Shown here: in pieces, positions 1 to 14,590 of the stretch
How positions within the stretch are numbered: the first letter of the stretch is position 1
Layout: the number at the start of each line of letters is the position of its first letter
Source of the DNA: Eledone cirrhosa
Lineage: Eukaryota
Length of the DNA stretch: 64,000 nucleotides
Direction: 5' to 3'
Assembly: GCA_964016885.1 (NCBI GenBank)
Contig: OZ024743.1
Coordinates: 284,704,001-284,768,000, forward strand
Position numbers and translations under genes: made by a program
Notes under the pieces: model-generated
What the model was told of the DNA's origin: nothing
Databases searched by the model: none
Seen by the model: only the letters and a program-made list of their open reading frames with translations

Positions 1-237
1 AAATATAATTATATACATAATATATGCATAAACACACACACACTTGCATACAATTTCAGCTTATGTAGATACTCGTAATTTCTTACATACATATCATCAT
101 CATCAACATCATCGTTTAATGTCCATCTTCCACGCTTGCATGAGTTTGGACGGGAGTTTTCTATATATATAAATGCATATATATATATATATATATATAC
201 ATGCATATATATATATATATATAAATATATATATATA

Positions 238-679
238 CATCATCATCATCACCATTTTACATCCGTTCTTTTACGCTAGCATGAGTTATACGGGTTGTCC
301 TGTTGTGAGCAGTGTCCGGTCGGCTGACCTTGTCTTGCTCATAAGGGAACTGATTCTGGCTTGATTTCTACAGTTGGATGCCCTACCTAACACCAACCTC
401 ATTTACAGTGAGTGGTGGGTGCTTTTTTTTTCCGTGGCACCTACACGTTCACTTTACAGTGTGGGCTGGGTGCTTTTTTGCCGTGGCACCTCCATGACCA
501 CTTTGCAGTGGAATGATAGGGACCCCAGTCCTATCATCTCATTTCTACAGCTGAGTAAGCTGGAGCAATGTGAAATAAAGTGTCTTGCTCATGGAAACAA
601 CACATCACCCGGTCCGAGAATTGAACTCACAACCTTTCGATTGCAAGCCCAATGCTCTAACCACTAAGCCATGTGCCTT

Positions 680-680
<1 letters not shown>
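238..680 (-). mobile_element. SINE family A (long-tail variant)
   Basis: Same head as 27468; tail follows the RTE family 2 3' UTR almost completely. Confidence 0.85.
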
Positions 681-737
<57 letters not shown>

Positions 738-787
738 TATATATATATATACACACACACATATATATATATATACACACACACACA

Positions 788-1616
788 CAGGGTGACCACA
801 AAAGCACTCCCTGATTTCAAATACTTATAATATAAAAAGAAGACTCCATTGGTATGGTCACGTGATGCGCATGAAAGACGACAGTTGTATAAAAAAGTGC
901 AGGGCGATCAAAATTGATGGAAGTTACGGGGTAGGTAGACCTAGAAAAACCTGGGACGATTTGGTAAATTCCGACCTTACACACTTGCACCTCTCTAAGA
1001 CAATGTCACCGAGATCTTTGGTGCTACGCAGTAATATAGAAGACCCGTCTTGCCTATGTACAAAGCGAAACCTACAGTCAGTAGGCACCTCTTAACCAAA
1101 TATATACGCCATCCCACTACCCCTACTCCCACCAACACCACCCTTTCTCTATAAAGTTATGTTGGTACCACAACATCCAGTCGAAATAAATGAGGTCGTG
1201 TAGGTGTCATGACAAAAAAACACACAGTCAACGCTGTAATGTGGCCGTGTAGGTAACACGGTAAAAACCTCCCAGTCCACACTGTAAATGTGGTTGGTGT
1301 TAGGAAGGGCATCCAGCCGTAAAAAAACCTGCCAGACAGTCCTATACGAGCGAGACATGGTCACCCGATCATTCTTGCCTCAAGTAGGACAACACACGTC
1401 TAAACCCATGCTAGCATGGAAGATAGACGTTAAACGATGATGATGATGTTAAAAACTTAAATGAATATTCTTACAATATTGGTGGCTACAGTTGCATAAT
1501 GTAAGAAAGTTTCTTTCCATATTTGCAGAATTGACTCGATTTACTAGATGGCAATGTAATTTAAGATGGCGTTCACTCCACAACAACGTAGCTGATGTGT
1601 TTTTGTGGTCACCCTG
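788..1616 (+). mobile_element. Tc1/mariner-type MITE with nested RTE fragment
   Basis: TIRs CAGGGTGACCACAAAAGCAC / GTGTTTTTGTGGTCACCCTG, TA on the right; possible transposase start MAFTPQQR at about 1566. Confidence 0.8.
838..1448 (+). mobile_element. RTE family 1 3' fragment inserted in a MITE
   Basis: WYGHVMRMKDDSCIKKC...GRPRKTWDD, family 3' UTR, (GAT)n tail. Confidence 0.88.
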
Positions 1617-1649
<33 letters not shown>

Positions 1650-2473
1650 TTATGTATGCATGTGTGTGTGAGTGTGTGTGTCTAGAAATGGATGTAAAGG
1701 TGGTGATGATGATAATATATAAAGAACAGTCTTTTTTAGACATGTTTTCTAGTTGATCAAAAAAGGCTAGAGAATATTTCAAGCTCCAGTAATTAACAAT
1801 CCTCTAGAAAACTCAGGTAAGACCTATAATGGTGCTCATACTGGATTCTTAGACCATATCCTGAAAAGATTAGCTTATCAGTTTAAAGTCACTCTCTGAC
1901 ATTATCCAGTCTTTGCTTAACAGATGTGCTGTTACCTCCTACTGCCACTTCTACTGCTACTACAGAGGCCTCTACTCCTTGGAGCTTGCTGAACTCATGC
2001 CACCTCCAATCAGCCACTCCTGACTCACTAATGTCTCATTTTCTAACACTATACCTAGTCTTTTCTACCCAAAATATCAGTTATCTTTCCCTGTTTATGT
2101 TTTTCCCAAAGTAGTTGGCCTGCAACAATTTAAACAGAATATCAACAACACCAATCTCTCCAGTCTCAGAGAGCATCTGAAAGCTGTAGGCACATGTGTG
2201 TGTGTGTATGAAAACACACACACACACACACACACACATATATGAATATCTGATTGTCTTTAGAGACATTAGATCAGAAATTTTGAAGTGTAATTATCCC
2301 AACGTAAATAACTATAACAGTAGCTGAACTCCAGTAGGTGTGGAGTTTGATTTCTTCTCTAGGATTACCTTACTTGATTTTCTCAACTACAATTAATAGT
2401 GATCGACTGGTGTTTGTTGTAATTATTTGCATTGGTACGACTACATTTCATAAATATATATATGTATGTGTGT

Positions 2474-2690
2474 GAAGGCACGTGGCTGAATGAGTAGGGA
2501 ATTGGATTTGCAATTGTGAGGTCATGATTTCGATTCCCGGACCAAACCATGCATTATGTCCTTGAGCAAGACACTTTATTTCATGTTGCTCCTTCTGCCT
2601 GGATTTGCGGCCGACAGATAGTATTAGCAATAGTAAGACCAATGGAAGTATCATTTCCTTGGTCCGATTTGATGACCTCCACCCTACTTG
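2474..2690 (+). mobile_element. Older SINE with family A-like head and a different body
   Basis: Degenerate tRNA head plus GTCCTTGAGCAAGACACTTTATTTCA. Confidence 0.6.
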
Positions 2691-2736
2691 TTAATGCAAA
2701 TGAGGTCTGGAATCTTGTTGATCAACTACCGATATA

Positions 2737-3064
2737 TCATCATCATCATTTCATTTTACGTCCGCTTTTTCCCTGCTTGCAAGGGTGGGACGGGAACTGA
2801 TTCTTCTTGATTTCTACAGCTGGATGCCCTTCCTAACACCAACCTCATTTACAGTGAGTGCTGGGTGCTTTTTTGCCGTGGCACCTCCACGTGGAATGAT
2901 ATGGACCTCAGACCCTATCATCTCATTTCTACAGCTGAATAAACTGGAGCAATGTGAAATGAAGTGTCTTGCTCAAGGAAACAACACATCATCCGGTCTG
3001 AGAATTGAACTCACAACCTTTCGATTGCAAGGCCAATGCTCTAACCACTAAGCCATGTGCCTCC
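2737..3064 (-). mobile_element. SINE family A
   Basis: Homologous to 27468-27815. Confidence 0.85.
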
Positions 3065-3075
3065 ACTGTAAAGAA

Positions 3076-3144
<69 letters not shown>

Positions 3145-3214
3145 AGTCTAACCTGCACCAGCATGGAAAGGAAATCAAATGGTCAATGATGATGGTGATG
3201 ATTACAGGAATAAA

Positions 3215-3780
3215 TACAATATATCAAATACATCAATCAATATGCCTACTAAATATATACAAGCCATACATAAAATGGATTATATGAATTATAGAATAGA
3301 TGAACACATTATAAAAACCTTGTAAAGCAGATCACAAAATGCATTAGATCAAACAAAAAATTGACAGAGATTATATACTACAAAAACAATAAGATTAAAA
3401 ACCTTCTTATAAATAACAAACTACAAAGATGTAAACCTGCAAAGAAGCTATATATGAATGACCAATGTAAATTATAAATTTGATTGCAAATGTGAAAGTT
3501 ATAAACTTCACAAACCCAATTGTTATATTGCCTATACAAATATGACTCTGTCATGCTGGTTCACCAATCAACTACAACAAGGAGAAGTTGTAATATACTA
3601 CACCACAAAAAACTAGATATGGAAACATTAATGGACAATAAATCTATACTGTGCAGAATTCTCCACAAAAATAGACAATTAATTATAGAAGCAATACTAA
3701 TAGCATGGCACAATGCTGACACAAACACAAGGACAACACAAACTAGTCACAAACATAAACACCTGACTGGTGATATATAA
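3215..3780 (+). mobile_element. Highly decayed Penelope-like GIY-YIG region, interrupted downstream by an RTE fragment
   Basis: YKFDC...YIAYTNMTLS and LIIEAILI; a hammerhead-like remnant (CTGAAGATGAGAC) follows at 4486. Confidence 0.6.
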
Positions 3781-3781
3781 A

Positions 3782-4445
3782 CCTAAGTGTTAAATGCTAC
3801 GAAAACTGAGATGCTCATCCTCCAAGGAAGCCTGACCAGTACACTCTACATGTAAATGGAGTTCCACTGAAGCAGGTAGAGAATTTCAAGTATCTCAGAG
3901 CCGTGTTCACAAGTGATGGATGGCAAGTGGCTGAATTAAGTACAAGAATGGCCAGCTTCAGCATTCAGTAATCAGAAGAAGGAAGTAGGCATAAAAGCCA
4001 AACTCGCTATCTTCAATTTGGTATTCATGCCAACCCTTACCTATGGTCTTGAATCTTGAGTAATGACCAAAAGAATACAATCGCGAATACAAGCGGCCAA
4101 AATGGGGTTCCTCCAAAGTAGCTCGGAGATCAGAGAGTGACTCCAGGTAGAGCTGCTACTTCTCCAAATTGAGAGATCACAGCTCCATACTATGGGCATG
4201 TGGTTAGAATGTCTCAAGAAAGAATCGTTGGACAGATTTTATGGGCAAAACCAACCGGCAGTAGACCCCGAATAAGATGGTTGAATAACATCCATGAGCT
4301 TGACTAGTCTGCCTTAGGAATCCAGTCGGATCAGTTGGAGACAGATGCTTCTGACAAGACCCATTGGAAGGAGTGTTTGAGGACTCTGCCCCCACAACCC
4401 TCTCAGGAATAAGAGGGCGAAGAAGAAGTGTTAAATTCTGGCAGT
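3782..4445 (+). mobile_element. Decayed RTE-type LINE 3' fragment (third family, no finger)
   Basis: KTEM...LKQVENFKYL..VFTSDG and YYGHVVRMSQER; homologous to 10758-11055. Confidence 0.75.
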
Positions 4446-5775
4446 AATATCTATACCAATCATCACATGCCAAAGTCACTTAATCCTGAAGATGAGACTA
4501 TGAAGGCCTAAAAATGTTGATGATAGATTTAGAAACTTTACTGTTCTTAACAAACTACAAAAATTCATATGAAAAAACTTTGATAGAAAAGATAAAACTA
4601 GAACACAGTTGCATGTTCAATGTATCTTATATATATATGTGTGTATGTATATATATATACAGAGAGAGAGTCCACCATTGGTTTCAACGATAAGTATTCT
4701 AGTTATTTAGTCAATGGGGGTACTTTACCATTGAATTAGCATGTAAGTGGCTGAGTACTCTACAAATGCATGTACCTTTTGTGATCCTTTGTTAGATCAG
4801 CCTGGCACATTACTGGCATAGTCTACGCAGTGGGCTTTCATAGAGTTTCTGTCTATCCAATTTTATTCACAAAGCTTTGGGCAATTTGAGGCAATGATAA
4901 AAGATATCTGACCATGATGCCACATAGTGCAATTGGACCCAAGCCTTCATTATTGCAAAGTAAACTTTTTAACCACTTAATGATATTATATATGTGTGTA
5001 ATTATATTATATTATATTATATTATATATATATGTAATATGTGTGTGTACTAGATATATCTTTAAGTATATGTAGCAAATTTATAGAGTGACACTTACTT
5101 ATCACCTGGACACAAATACATAGATACATTCATACTTCCACACACAACATTAATACATAGATGTAGATGTATAATAAATACACATATATGTATATGTATC
5201 CACTGACCTAACCACTTATAAATAAATTCTATTTATATTCAAGTAACAACATCCTAACTCAACTCCATCTTTCCATTTCAATTTCCCTTTGCTATTAAAG
5301 AGACAATTTTCTATATAATCTCCATTTCATTTAATAATTATACATCCTAAAAGTAAATGAGACATATTTCCTTCTTTTTATAACAATTTCTAATGTCAGC
5401 CTTAGAGCTGTGTATTACTATTTATATATCTATCTTTGCTACCTTATTTACAGTTAATTTCTACATGAGATTATATTTGGGATAATATTTGATTTATATT
5501 AAATCCCATAAAATTATAATAATTGATTTGAAACTGTTAACTTGGTTAATTGTTGTAAAATCTATGTATTTAACTTCCAGACATTATTCACCTTGTTATA
5601 TTAAGCATTAAACAGTCGAATCACTTTCTATTACAAATTTGTTAAAGATAATAGAGAACTGACAGCCTTGTTTTATATTACAGGAATTAGTGCCTGTTCT
5701 GAATTCAAGATTCTATCCAAATGTTTTGCCCACAACATTTCCCAACATTGTTAGAATAAATACCAGTAATATATT

Positions 5776-5960
5776 GGTTTCTGATTTAGGCACAAGGCCA
5801 GCAGTTTGGGAGAGGGGAGTATTGATTAAATCGACCCCATAAGGATGAAAGACAAAGCTAAACTTCGGCAGGATTTGATCTCAAATCGTAAAGGACCGTA
5901 ACCCTATGCCATAAAGCTTGTTGTTTGACACTCTACCGATGCTGTCAATCCAACGCCCTA
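5776..5960 (-). mobile_element. Older family B SINE
   Basis: TTTAGGCACAAGGCCAGCA...AAGGATGAAAG...CTCTACCGAT. Confidence 0.7.
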
Positions 5961-8900
5961 AATATCAGTAATATATTGAAAGAGATTTTAGTGTATCCAA
6001 TAAAAAATACCTTGCAGTATTTGTTCTAACTCCCTGCACTAAGATTAACTTTGCCTTTTGAAGTCAATAGAGTACCAGTCATGAGCAGTGGATTGGCAGA
6101 ATTGTTAGAGTTTAGAATGAGCTTTGCAGCATTTCTTTTGACTTTGTGCATTCTGATTTCAAATCCCACTGTAACTTACTTGGGTGATAGACATAATTCA
6201 TCTTCTGGTTTAACACCACTACCTGACTTTAAGGTGACTCTAGTGAAACCCACTCTATTGGTAGCATTTTGTCAAGTCTCCAGTTTGATGATCTCTTCCT
6301 CTCTTTCTCCTAGTAGTTTTGAAGGCACTACTTTACCTCCTGACTAAACAGAAGAAAAATAAGAACACCAGTGGGACGGTAGTACCAAAAGTTTTGTAAG
6401 CCTCTTACACTGATAAAATTGCCCAACCTGAACACCTGCTTATCAATGTCTGCAAGAAAAAAACATTGGTAGCAAGAGAACTGGTGATCTGATCCAAATT
6501 CTTACAACAGAGTGAACTCAAAGCTCATATACTGAGGATTAAACTGAACAGTATTAGGCCAATCACTCAATATACTAAGTTTGTGTCAGTGAACTACACT
6601 TATTTCTTTTTATGAACTTTGCTTTTTACTTAGTCTTATTGATTAAAAGATTATTCACAAGTGATATATTTAAATTTGTAGAAACCCTAGTTAATTTTTG
6701 TTTCAGAATTTGAGAAGGGTATTTTCATTTCATCAATTTTCAAAGCTATAGATAATGATTCTAGTGTTTATATAACAAATATTCTAAAGCAAAATATGAT
6801 AGGAAAATCCATTATTAAAAAAAAAGAAACAAGATTAAATTTGTTTACTCTCTTAAATTGTTATATTATTTAATTATTTATACACAAATCATATTGTTTA
6901 TACACGCGTTTCACTTTTTATTGCTTGCAGGAGTTGTTTGTTTCTTCGAATTTAGACATTTACAAGAATTCTTAGAGCTATAGGACAAGTGTGTTTGTAT
7001 CTGTATGAAAATAAAAAGAAGTCATAATGAAGCTAGTAGACCAAAGGCATCAGCAGTAGAAAAATTTGAACTCCTTATTTTTTTACATCAGCAATCCTGG
7101 AAAACTTCATCATATTTTAACATAATGTTTCAATTATCAGAATATACTCCATTTCCCCATAATAATTCTTTTAGCTGATAGTAATGTCAAAAATCAGAAC
7201 TGAAATTACCAATATAGGTTTATAACTAATTCTGATCTTATCTATTAATTTCTTTGTCTTAAAATTTAAATTTAACTTTCAGTTTTGTCTACAAAGATTA
7301 GCATTATTTAAATTGTGATAAAGTAATTGAGTTTGACAATATCAGACACTTGCAAGAATTTAATTAGTAAGATTGCAGTTTTTAATCACAATATATCTAT
7401 TGTTTTTGATTTCGTTGGCACACTTTATGACAGAGATATAATAACAATGTACTAAATATCAGGATTCACTTCTTCTCATGACACATAAACATGTTATTTT
7501 ACAAATTTTATAAACTTAAACATTGTTTTATAAAATAATTGTTATGGCAGTATAGTATAGTTTTAAATAGCACAGAAAATATGAAATAGACAGTAAAACA
7601 TTTGGTGGCAATGCTCCAAAATTGCAGTGGTTTGACCCAACAAACATAATGTAAACGTTTATTAACAGCCTACCCTAAAATAGTTTATTAGTGCATTAGT
7701 ATCACACCTTGAATATACATCTTTAGTTGCTGCTACATATGGATAAAAAAAATCCTTTTTGTTTGGTGTACTGCCAAACTAGTACTAAAATGTCTTGCTC
7801 TATTTTTCTATGAACTTTTTTTTTCAATGAAGGTGAATTGATGTTTCTGATTACTGAAACCATCTTTAAATTTTTCATTAATTTTTCTTACCTTACAGGC
7901 CTTATTATATTAATTGTCATAGATAATATTGACAACTGAAAACACTATCTTTATCTTTAAAGGCAGAAACAAAATATTTAATCTTTCTGATACACACACA
8001 TAAATAACAATAAAAAAAGGAACTAATATATTTTACCTAATATTATTTTTCCTTTGAGACAATATATAGTAATATATTTCCACAAAGTAACATTTGATTG
8101 AGTGTCTTTTTTCATATTATTATTATTATCATATCTGTTCTTGAGTTTATTAGTTTATTTTTACCGTGTAAAAAATATATATATTGAAAGAAAGCACTTG
8201 ACTTTAGCAATGGACTTCTCAATGAGAATTTGTTCAATATTTCTTGAATCACATCTAGTCATGTGTATTATTCAGTGGCACTCAGTTTTCATTTAGAACA
8301 ACATTTTTATTTTTATCAGATATAATATAGGTTTTTGTTGTAAATATTATAAATCTACCAATATTATAGCATCCCTAGGCAGTGTTGGCAGCACTTTAGT
8401 TTAATATCTGGTTTAAAACAAGAACCTATATCACCACTTTGTAAGCTTGTCTCTCTCTATTCTACTTGTTCTCTGATTTTCTCTCATATTATCTCATACA
8501 GTATCTGTACCCATCTCTCATGCTCTATATTTTTTCTACAGAGTGGAGAAAGGGAGATGATCATAAGGCAAAGTGATCAGGTTTTCCATCATATATATGG
8601 AAATATAAAAATAAATTGAATTTAGAAACCTTGATTCTTTATAACTCAACATAAATGTGATGTAAACCCTCCTCTGTAAATTGTTGAATAACATATATGG
8701 CTTTGTGGGTGCTCATTTTGTAGTTCCTGAATAAAATGCATGCACACACCCACAAACACAGATAATTCACACTAGTATATCATCCTCATCATCATTTTAC
8801 ATTTGCTTTCCAGGCTAGCATGGGTTGGACATGTCGTTATGGTCTGAGTCAGTTCTTATTCAAAGTAGCTGCCTTCCTAGACAGGTTGGGGGGATCACGT

Positions 8901-8969
8901 CCTGTTCATACATTGCCAGTGTACAATATATATGATATACATATAGATATATATACATAGATATATATG

Positions 8970-9005
<36 letters not shown>

Positions 9006-9099
9006 TTTACGTCCGCTTTTCCCTGCTTGCAAGGGTGATATTAATAATAATTGTTTCTACTTTAGGCACAAGGCCAGCAATTATCCCAGTACATTTCTG

Positions 9100-9643
9100 G
9101 GTCTGAGTAGGTAGACCCAGAAAAACCTGGGACGATTTGATAAATTCTGACCTTACACACTTACACCTCTCTAAGACAATGTCACTGGACCAAGATCTTT
9201 GGCGCTACGCAGTAATACAGAAAACCCGCCTTGCCTAAGTATAAAGCAAAACCTACAGTCAGTAGGCACCTCTTAATCAAATATACACCCCCATCCCACT
9301 ACCCCAACTCCTCCACCCCCACCCCCATCAACACCACCCCTTTCTCTGTAAAGTTATGTCGGTACCACAACATCCAGTCCGAAATAAATGAGGTCGTGTA
9401 GGTGTCATGACAAAAAAAAAACACACAGTCCACGCTGTAATGTGGCCGTGTAGGTAACATGGTAAAAACCTCCCAGTCCACACTGTAAAAGTGGTTGGTG
9501 TTAGGAAGGGCATCCAGCCGTAGAAACCTGCCAGACAGTCCTATACGAGCGAGACGACCAATCTTGCCTCAAGTGGGACAATTCCCGTCTAAACCCATGC
9601 TAGCGTGGAAGATAGACTTTAAACGATGATGATGATGATGATG
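9100..9643 (+). mobile_element. RTE family 1 3' fragment inserted in a family B SINE
   Basis: Matches the RTE 3' end. SINE halves lie at about 9043-9099 and 9644-9737 with an imperfect ATTWCTGG duplication. Confidence 0.85.
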
Positions 9644-10757
9644 ATTACTGGTGCTTTATTTTATCGACCCCGTAAGGATGAAAGGCAAAGTTAACCTCAG
9701 CAAGATTTGAACTCAGACCGTAAAGGGCCATAACTCTCCCTCTCTATATATATATATCATTGTTTAGCATCAGTTTTCTCTGTTAGAAAGTGTTGGATAT
9801 ATTGTCACTTACCAGTCAGTACTCAAATAAAGCCACTGACCTCCAGGTAGACTGGAAACCCAACATACTATCTCATGCTCTACCAACTGCATTTTATTAT
9901 GGCACCAATACTAGGGAAGTTGTCATGTCCTTGATGCAGCTGAAGAATCCTCCCGATCCTTTGTTTGGCAAGTTTTTCTATGGTTGCCCTTCCTATCACC
10001 AACCACTTTACAGAGTGTACCGAGTACATTTATCATGTGGATCACCAACACAAGGATGGTTGTCATGTCTATGGTACAACTAAAGAGTCCTCTTGACAAT
10101 TTTTGTCTACTAGCCTCATTATGACTTCTACTTATCTTCACACAGTTACAAATACACTTGCTCCACATTTTTTTGTAAATGTCTAAATTTGAATAAACAG
10201 ACAACTCCTGCAAGGAAGAAAAAATGAAACACTCTCTCTAGTGCTATATTTATAAGAAAAATATTGAGAAAATAAAGAAAACTACCCAGAGAATGGAAAT
10301 TAATTAAGTCTTGAAATAATTTTTAAAAAAAGTAAATATACTCTGTACATAGGTAAATAAACAAGAACATACAAAATAGACAATGGGTTTGGAAAATAAG
10401 TTAGAGGGTTAGAGAAACGAAAAGAAAAACAAATATGTTGCCTTTTTCTGAAGCAAAATACAGCTGCATCAACCATTTTTCAGATATAAGCAGTATGTTG
10501 AAATTCAGTTCTATAAGAACAGTAGCAAAAATTATGTTTACTAAAATTTGATGTACTTCCTACATCAAAGAACTTCATAATACTAATACTGTTCAAGTGA
10601 TTGCCATTGAGTAGTAAATCAGGTGAAATTTTCAGTTATAGCCATTTCATTTCAGACATATTATTAATTCCTTTTCCTAGAGAAAAGGACACATACCACA
10701 CAATCCCATTTTCTGTTTTCATTAAATCTGTTTATATATATAAGCAATCTTATATTG

Positions 10758-11055
10758 TTGTTGTTAAGTGATATTGCTAAACTGCAAAGTTCTTCTTCAC
10801 CCACTTATGCCTGAGGGAGTTGTGGGGGAAGAGTCCTCAAACACTTCTTCCAGTGGGTCCTGTCAGACACAACCATCTCCAATTGATCCGGTTGGATCTC
10901 CAAGCAAGATCAGCCATGCTCATGGATGTTATCCAAACATCTTGCTCGGGGTCTACCACTGGGTCTCCTGCCAGTTGGTTTTGTCCTTAAAATCTGTCCA
11001 GCGATTCTTTCCTGAGACATTCTAACCACATGGCCATAGTATCGGAGCTGTGCCT
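10758..11055 (-). mobile_element. Decayed RTE-type 3' fragment, same family as 3782-4445
   Basis: QLRYYGHVVRMSQERIAGQIL...GRPRARCLD. Confidence 0.75.
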
Positions 11056-11149
11056 CAAATAGTTGCAAAGGTGTGGACCCTGTTAAAGTCACTCAATGGA
11101 CAGGTGTTGTTAAACTGACCATGGAATTTAGTCTACCATCCATATATAT

Positions 11150-11390
11150 TGTAGTGGTAGAAGTTTGGTGGTGGTATCAGTGAAAGTGGAAACTTGGTTG
11201 TATTGTAGTAGATGGTGGTGGTGGTGCTAGGGTGATTGTGGTGGTGCCAAGGGCAATGGTGGTGGTGATGAAGGCAATGGTGGTGATGGTGGTAGTGGGA
11301 ATGAGAGCAATGGTAGTGGTGGTGGTGATGAGGGCAATGGTGGTGGTGACAAGGGTGATGATGGCAATAGTGGTGGTGATGATGTAGTTG
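11150..11390. repeat. Degenerate (GGT)n with a recurring GGCAATGGTGGT unit
   Basis: Direct observation. Confidence 0.85.
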
Positions 11391-12602
11391 TTCATAAACA
11401 TCTTCAACAATATTTGTTTTCTTTCATGCTCCACATCTTTGTATTACAAAAGATGTGTAAACAGTATATTGTAAGTCTTCTGACACAAAGGTTGTAAAGA
11501 AAGAGATACAACTACAACACTTAATTCTATCGTTGGTACCACTAGTACTGATTTTCTTAACACTATAATAATACTATTGACACTATTTCTTATATTGTTA
11601 TTAATCTTATTACCACTGCTAATTCTACTAACAAGGCAAATACAACCACTAATGGCACTACTGCTACAACTACTACCTTCACCATCACCATCACCATCAC
11701 CATCACCATCACCACCACCACTACCAGTTAATAAAAATCACCAGTTAATGAAAATCACCAAATGAAAAAGTATCCATTACTATTTAGTAATGTAGTTATC
11801 TATTCTGCAATTTAGATATCAGATAAGGCTTGTCTTTTTAGTTTACAAAAGTGGGTAAACAGTATTTTCAATGACGAATAGTTAACCGCTTTCACCAAAC
11901 CACTGTTTATGCAGCATATTGATTTAGATAGACTGCTTATTAAGAAGTTTAGCTAAGTTTAGATTTATTATGGTATATGGTGTGGGTTAGTGGTTAATAG
12001 TTGCCTGTATTGAAGAGAAACTGGAAAGGACAAATTCTGTGAGAAAGAATCTAGACTAATCATGAATTCCTATAACCTCTTAGTGGCCTGTCTTCCCAAC
12101 TTGTAATGGGAGCCAACCTACCTCATGCTGGATGATAGCATGAATTATTGACTTACTGGCATAGAATGTTTTCTTATGTTCCCTCTGCTTAATTTTTATT
12201 GGCAGTCATTGGGCAACTGACCAAAATGCAACAGCAAGTTGAATTTGCATACTTTACTGTTGTTTTTTCTCGAAATCAGTTTGAGCCTCAAGGGAAATGT
12301 AATAAATAAATTCAGAATTGCTATGGTGATTAGCAAATGAACTTCATCACCATTAGCACCACCATTGTCATTATTATCATCAGCATAATCACTAAAAGCC
12401 AACTTCTATATAATTGTTGAACCCTGCTTGCCAATGTAGTGATAAAGTCTCCTATAAACTCTCTGTTTTCTTTTTAAAATGAGGGCTCATTTTAAAACAT
12501 GTCAACAGTAATTCTAGAATAGAAATATCCGCAAAGTGCTTCATTTTATCAGATTCATATATGCCAGAGATAGGTTTGATTGGACATTTACAAATACAAT
12601 TG

Positions 12603-14164
12603 CTTTATATATTCAAATATAAGCTGATCTCCATTATTTTATGTCTGAGAAATGGGCAAAAATCCAAACCCCATGTATAAGTCAAGGCAGCTAACCAACA
12701 TTATGTTTAGATGGCACAGTTTGAAATTCTCACGAGTGGAGAATATATTTATGAACTTAATATATTTTGATATTTAAAATGTTTTAAGTGTCATTCAGAG
12801 AATAGTTTTTGTTTCACAACTCCATTACATCATGATTTTTTACTATTCCATCTGTTTTATAGTTTTGACAAGTTTCTCGAAATCTTTTTTTTTATTTATG
12901 ACTACTCAAATGCTAGGAGTATTTTGCTTCTTTTTTTTTTTAGCAGACAACAATAGCACCATCTGCCAAATTAACAGATTTTTTATTTGATATACACATC
13001 AAATGAAATGCTTGCCTTCAAAACCTTGGAAACAATTTAACATCGTACAAGTATTAAAGCTTTAGGTAGATTTTTACAATTACACGTCTCACACCAGCAT
13101 GACCAGTCACCTAGTTAACTGAAAAATTCAATATTCAACACCAGTGTAATGTTGAAAAAAAAAATTTTTTTTTCTTTATTAGGTCATTAGTACATTCAGT
13201 TCATCATCATCATCATCATCATCACCATTTTACGTCCGCTTTTCCCTGCTTGTAAGGGTGGGACGGGAACTGATTCTGGCTTGATTTCTACAGCGGGATG
13301 CCGTTCCTAACACCAACCTCATTTACAGTGAGTACTGGGTGCTTTTTTTCCGTGGCGCCTACACGACCACTTTGCAGTGTGGGCTGGGTGCTTTTTTGCC
13401 GTGGTACCTCCACGACCACTTTGCAGTGGAATGATAGGGACCCCAGTCCTATCATCTCATTTCTACAGCTGAGTAAACTGGAGCAATGTGAAATAAAGTG
13501 TCTTGCTCAAGGAAACAACACATCACCCGGTTAAAATTTTTTAAATCAGCCAGATTATTATTTGAAAATCACTAAAATTTGATACACTTCAAAGATATAT
13601 TTTGCCCTTAAAGATATATTTTGAATTTAAGATATATTTTAAAAATATTTTTCTTTAACCGTTATGGAGATCATTAAAAACAGTAGGGGGAGATCAAAAC
13701 TATATGCAAGGGGACATAATGAATTGGGAATAGTTGAAAGAAAGAGATTGACTAAAAAAAACAACATTGTATAAGGAGAGGCAAAGTGAGTGAGAACAAT
13801 AAAGTACAAGACAGAAGTAAGATTGAAAGAAAAAGTATAATTAAGTCACATAGAAAAGAGTTGGTGCATGTGTGTGTATGTGTGTGTGTGCATGCCTGGG
13901 GGATATTTATGTATTAAAAAGTTCAAATTATATAAATTTGTTGGGAATGTTCTAAATAACACTCATAATGATGTGGTAAATGTAGAAAAACCTTTGTAAA
14001 ATAACCACTCCAGATATTTTAGTACCTTATTTACGGAGAATTTGAAGTTGGTAAAAATTTGTCAAAATATGATCTTGACTATATGCCGACACCCCCCCCC
14101 CCCCCCCATTTTACCATCAATTTTTTTGTCACATATTCCTCGGCTTATATACGAATATATACAT
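12603..14164. mobile_element. Longer, inverted copy of the Tc2-like element, containing a SINE
   Basis: 12603-12790 and about 13960-14164 match 34446-34935 in reverse; TA follows the right end. Confidence 0.65.
13202..13531 (-). mobile_element. SINE family A lacking its head
   Basis: Body and tail match 27468-27815; ends at CACCCGG. Confidence 0.85.
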
Positions 14165-14234
14165 TATATGCCATGATCACCAATTTTATCATCATCATTT
14201 TACAATGTACTTTTCAAATAATTAATTTCTCCAA

Positions 14235-14590
14235 ATTGGACATGCTCTGTTGGATATGTGGTAATGTGTCTGAATGACAAAGCACAGAAGAGTTGAGGGA
14301 AAAACTGGGTATAAAGTGAGTCATATATAGTATTTAGGGAAGAAGGTTGTACAGGTATGGACATGTAATGCATATGGATGATAACTGTTGGGTGAAAAAG
14401 TGCCAGAACTTCTAAATGGAAGAAAGCTGTGGAAGAGGAAGACCAAGAAAAACTTGGACAGAAGCGGTGAAAGCTGACCTCAGGATACCAAATGTCACAA
14501 AGGAGATGATGCAAGGAAAACTGAAGGGAAGCTGTGCTGGAAATCTCATTTAATCCATGCAAGCATGGAAAAGAGAACATAAAATGATGA
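14235..14590 (+). mobile_element. Old RTE 3' fragment
   Basis: Decayed YGHVMHMD..WVKKC and GRGRPRKTWTE followed by a tail-like CCATGCAAGCATGG segment. Confidence 0.7.

Noticed and set aside
6956-6988. Possible exon TFTRILRAIGQ
   Set aside because: Lies in a repeat whose inverted copy at 10105-10230 does not keep this peptide.
11177-11765. Thr-rich and Pro/Ser-rich ORFs resembling mucin or extensin
   Set aside because: Trinucleotide low-complexity DNA without splice or homology support.
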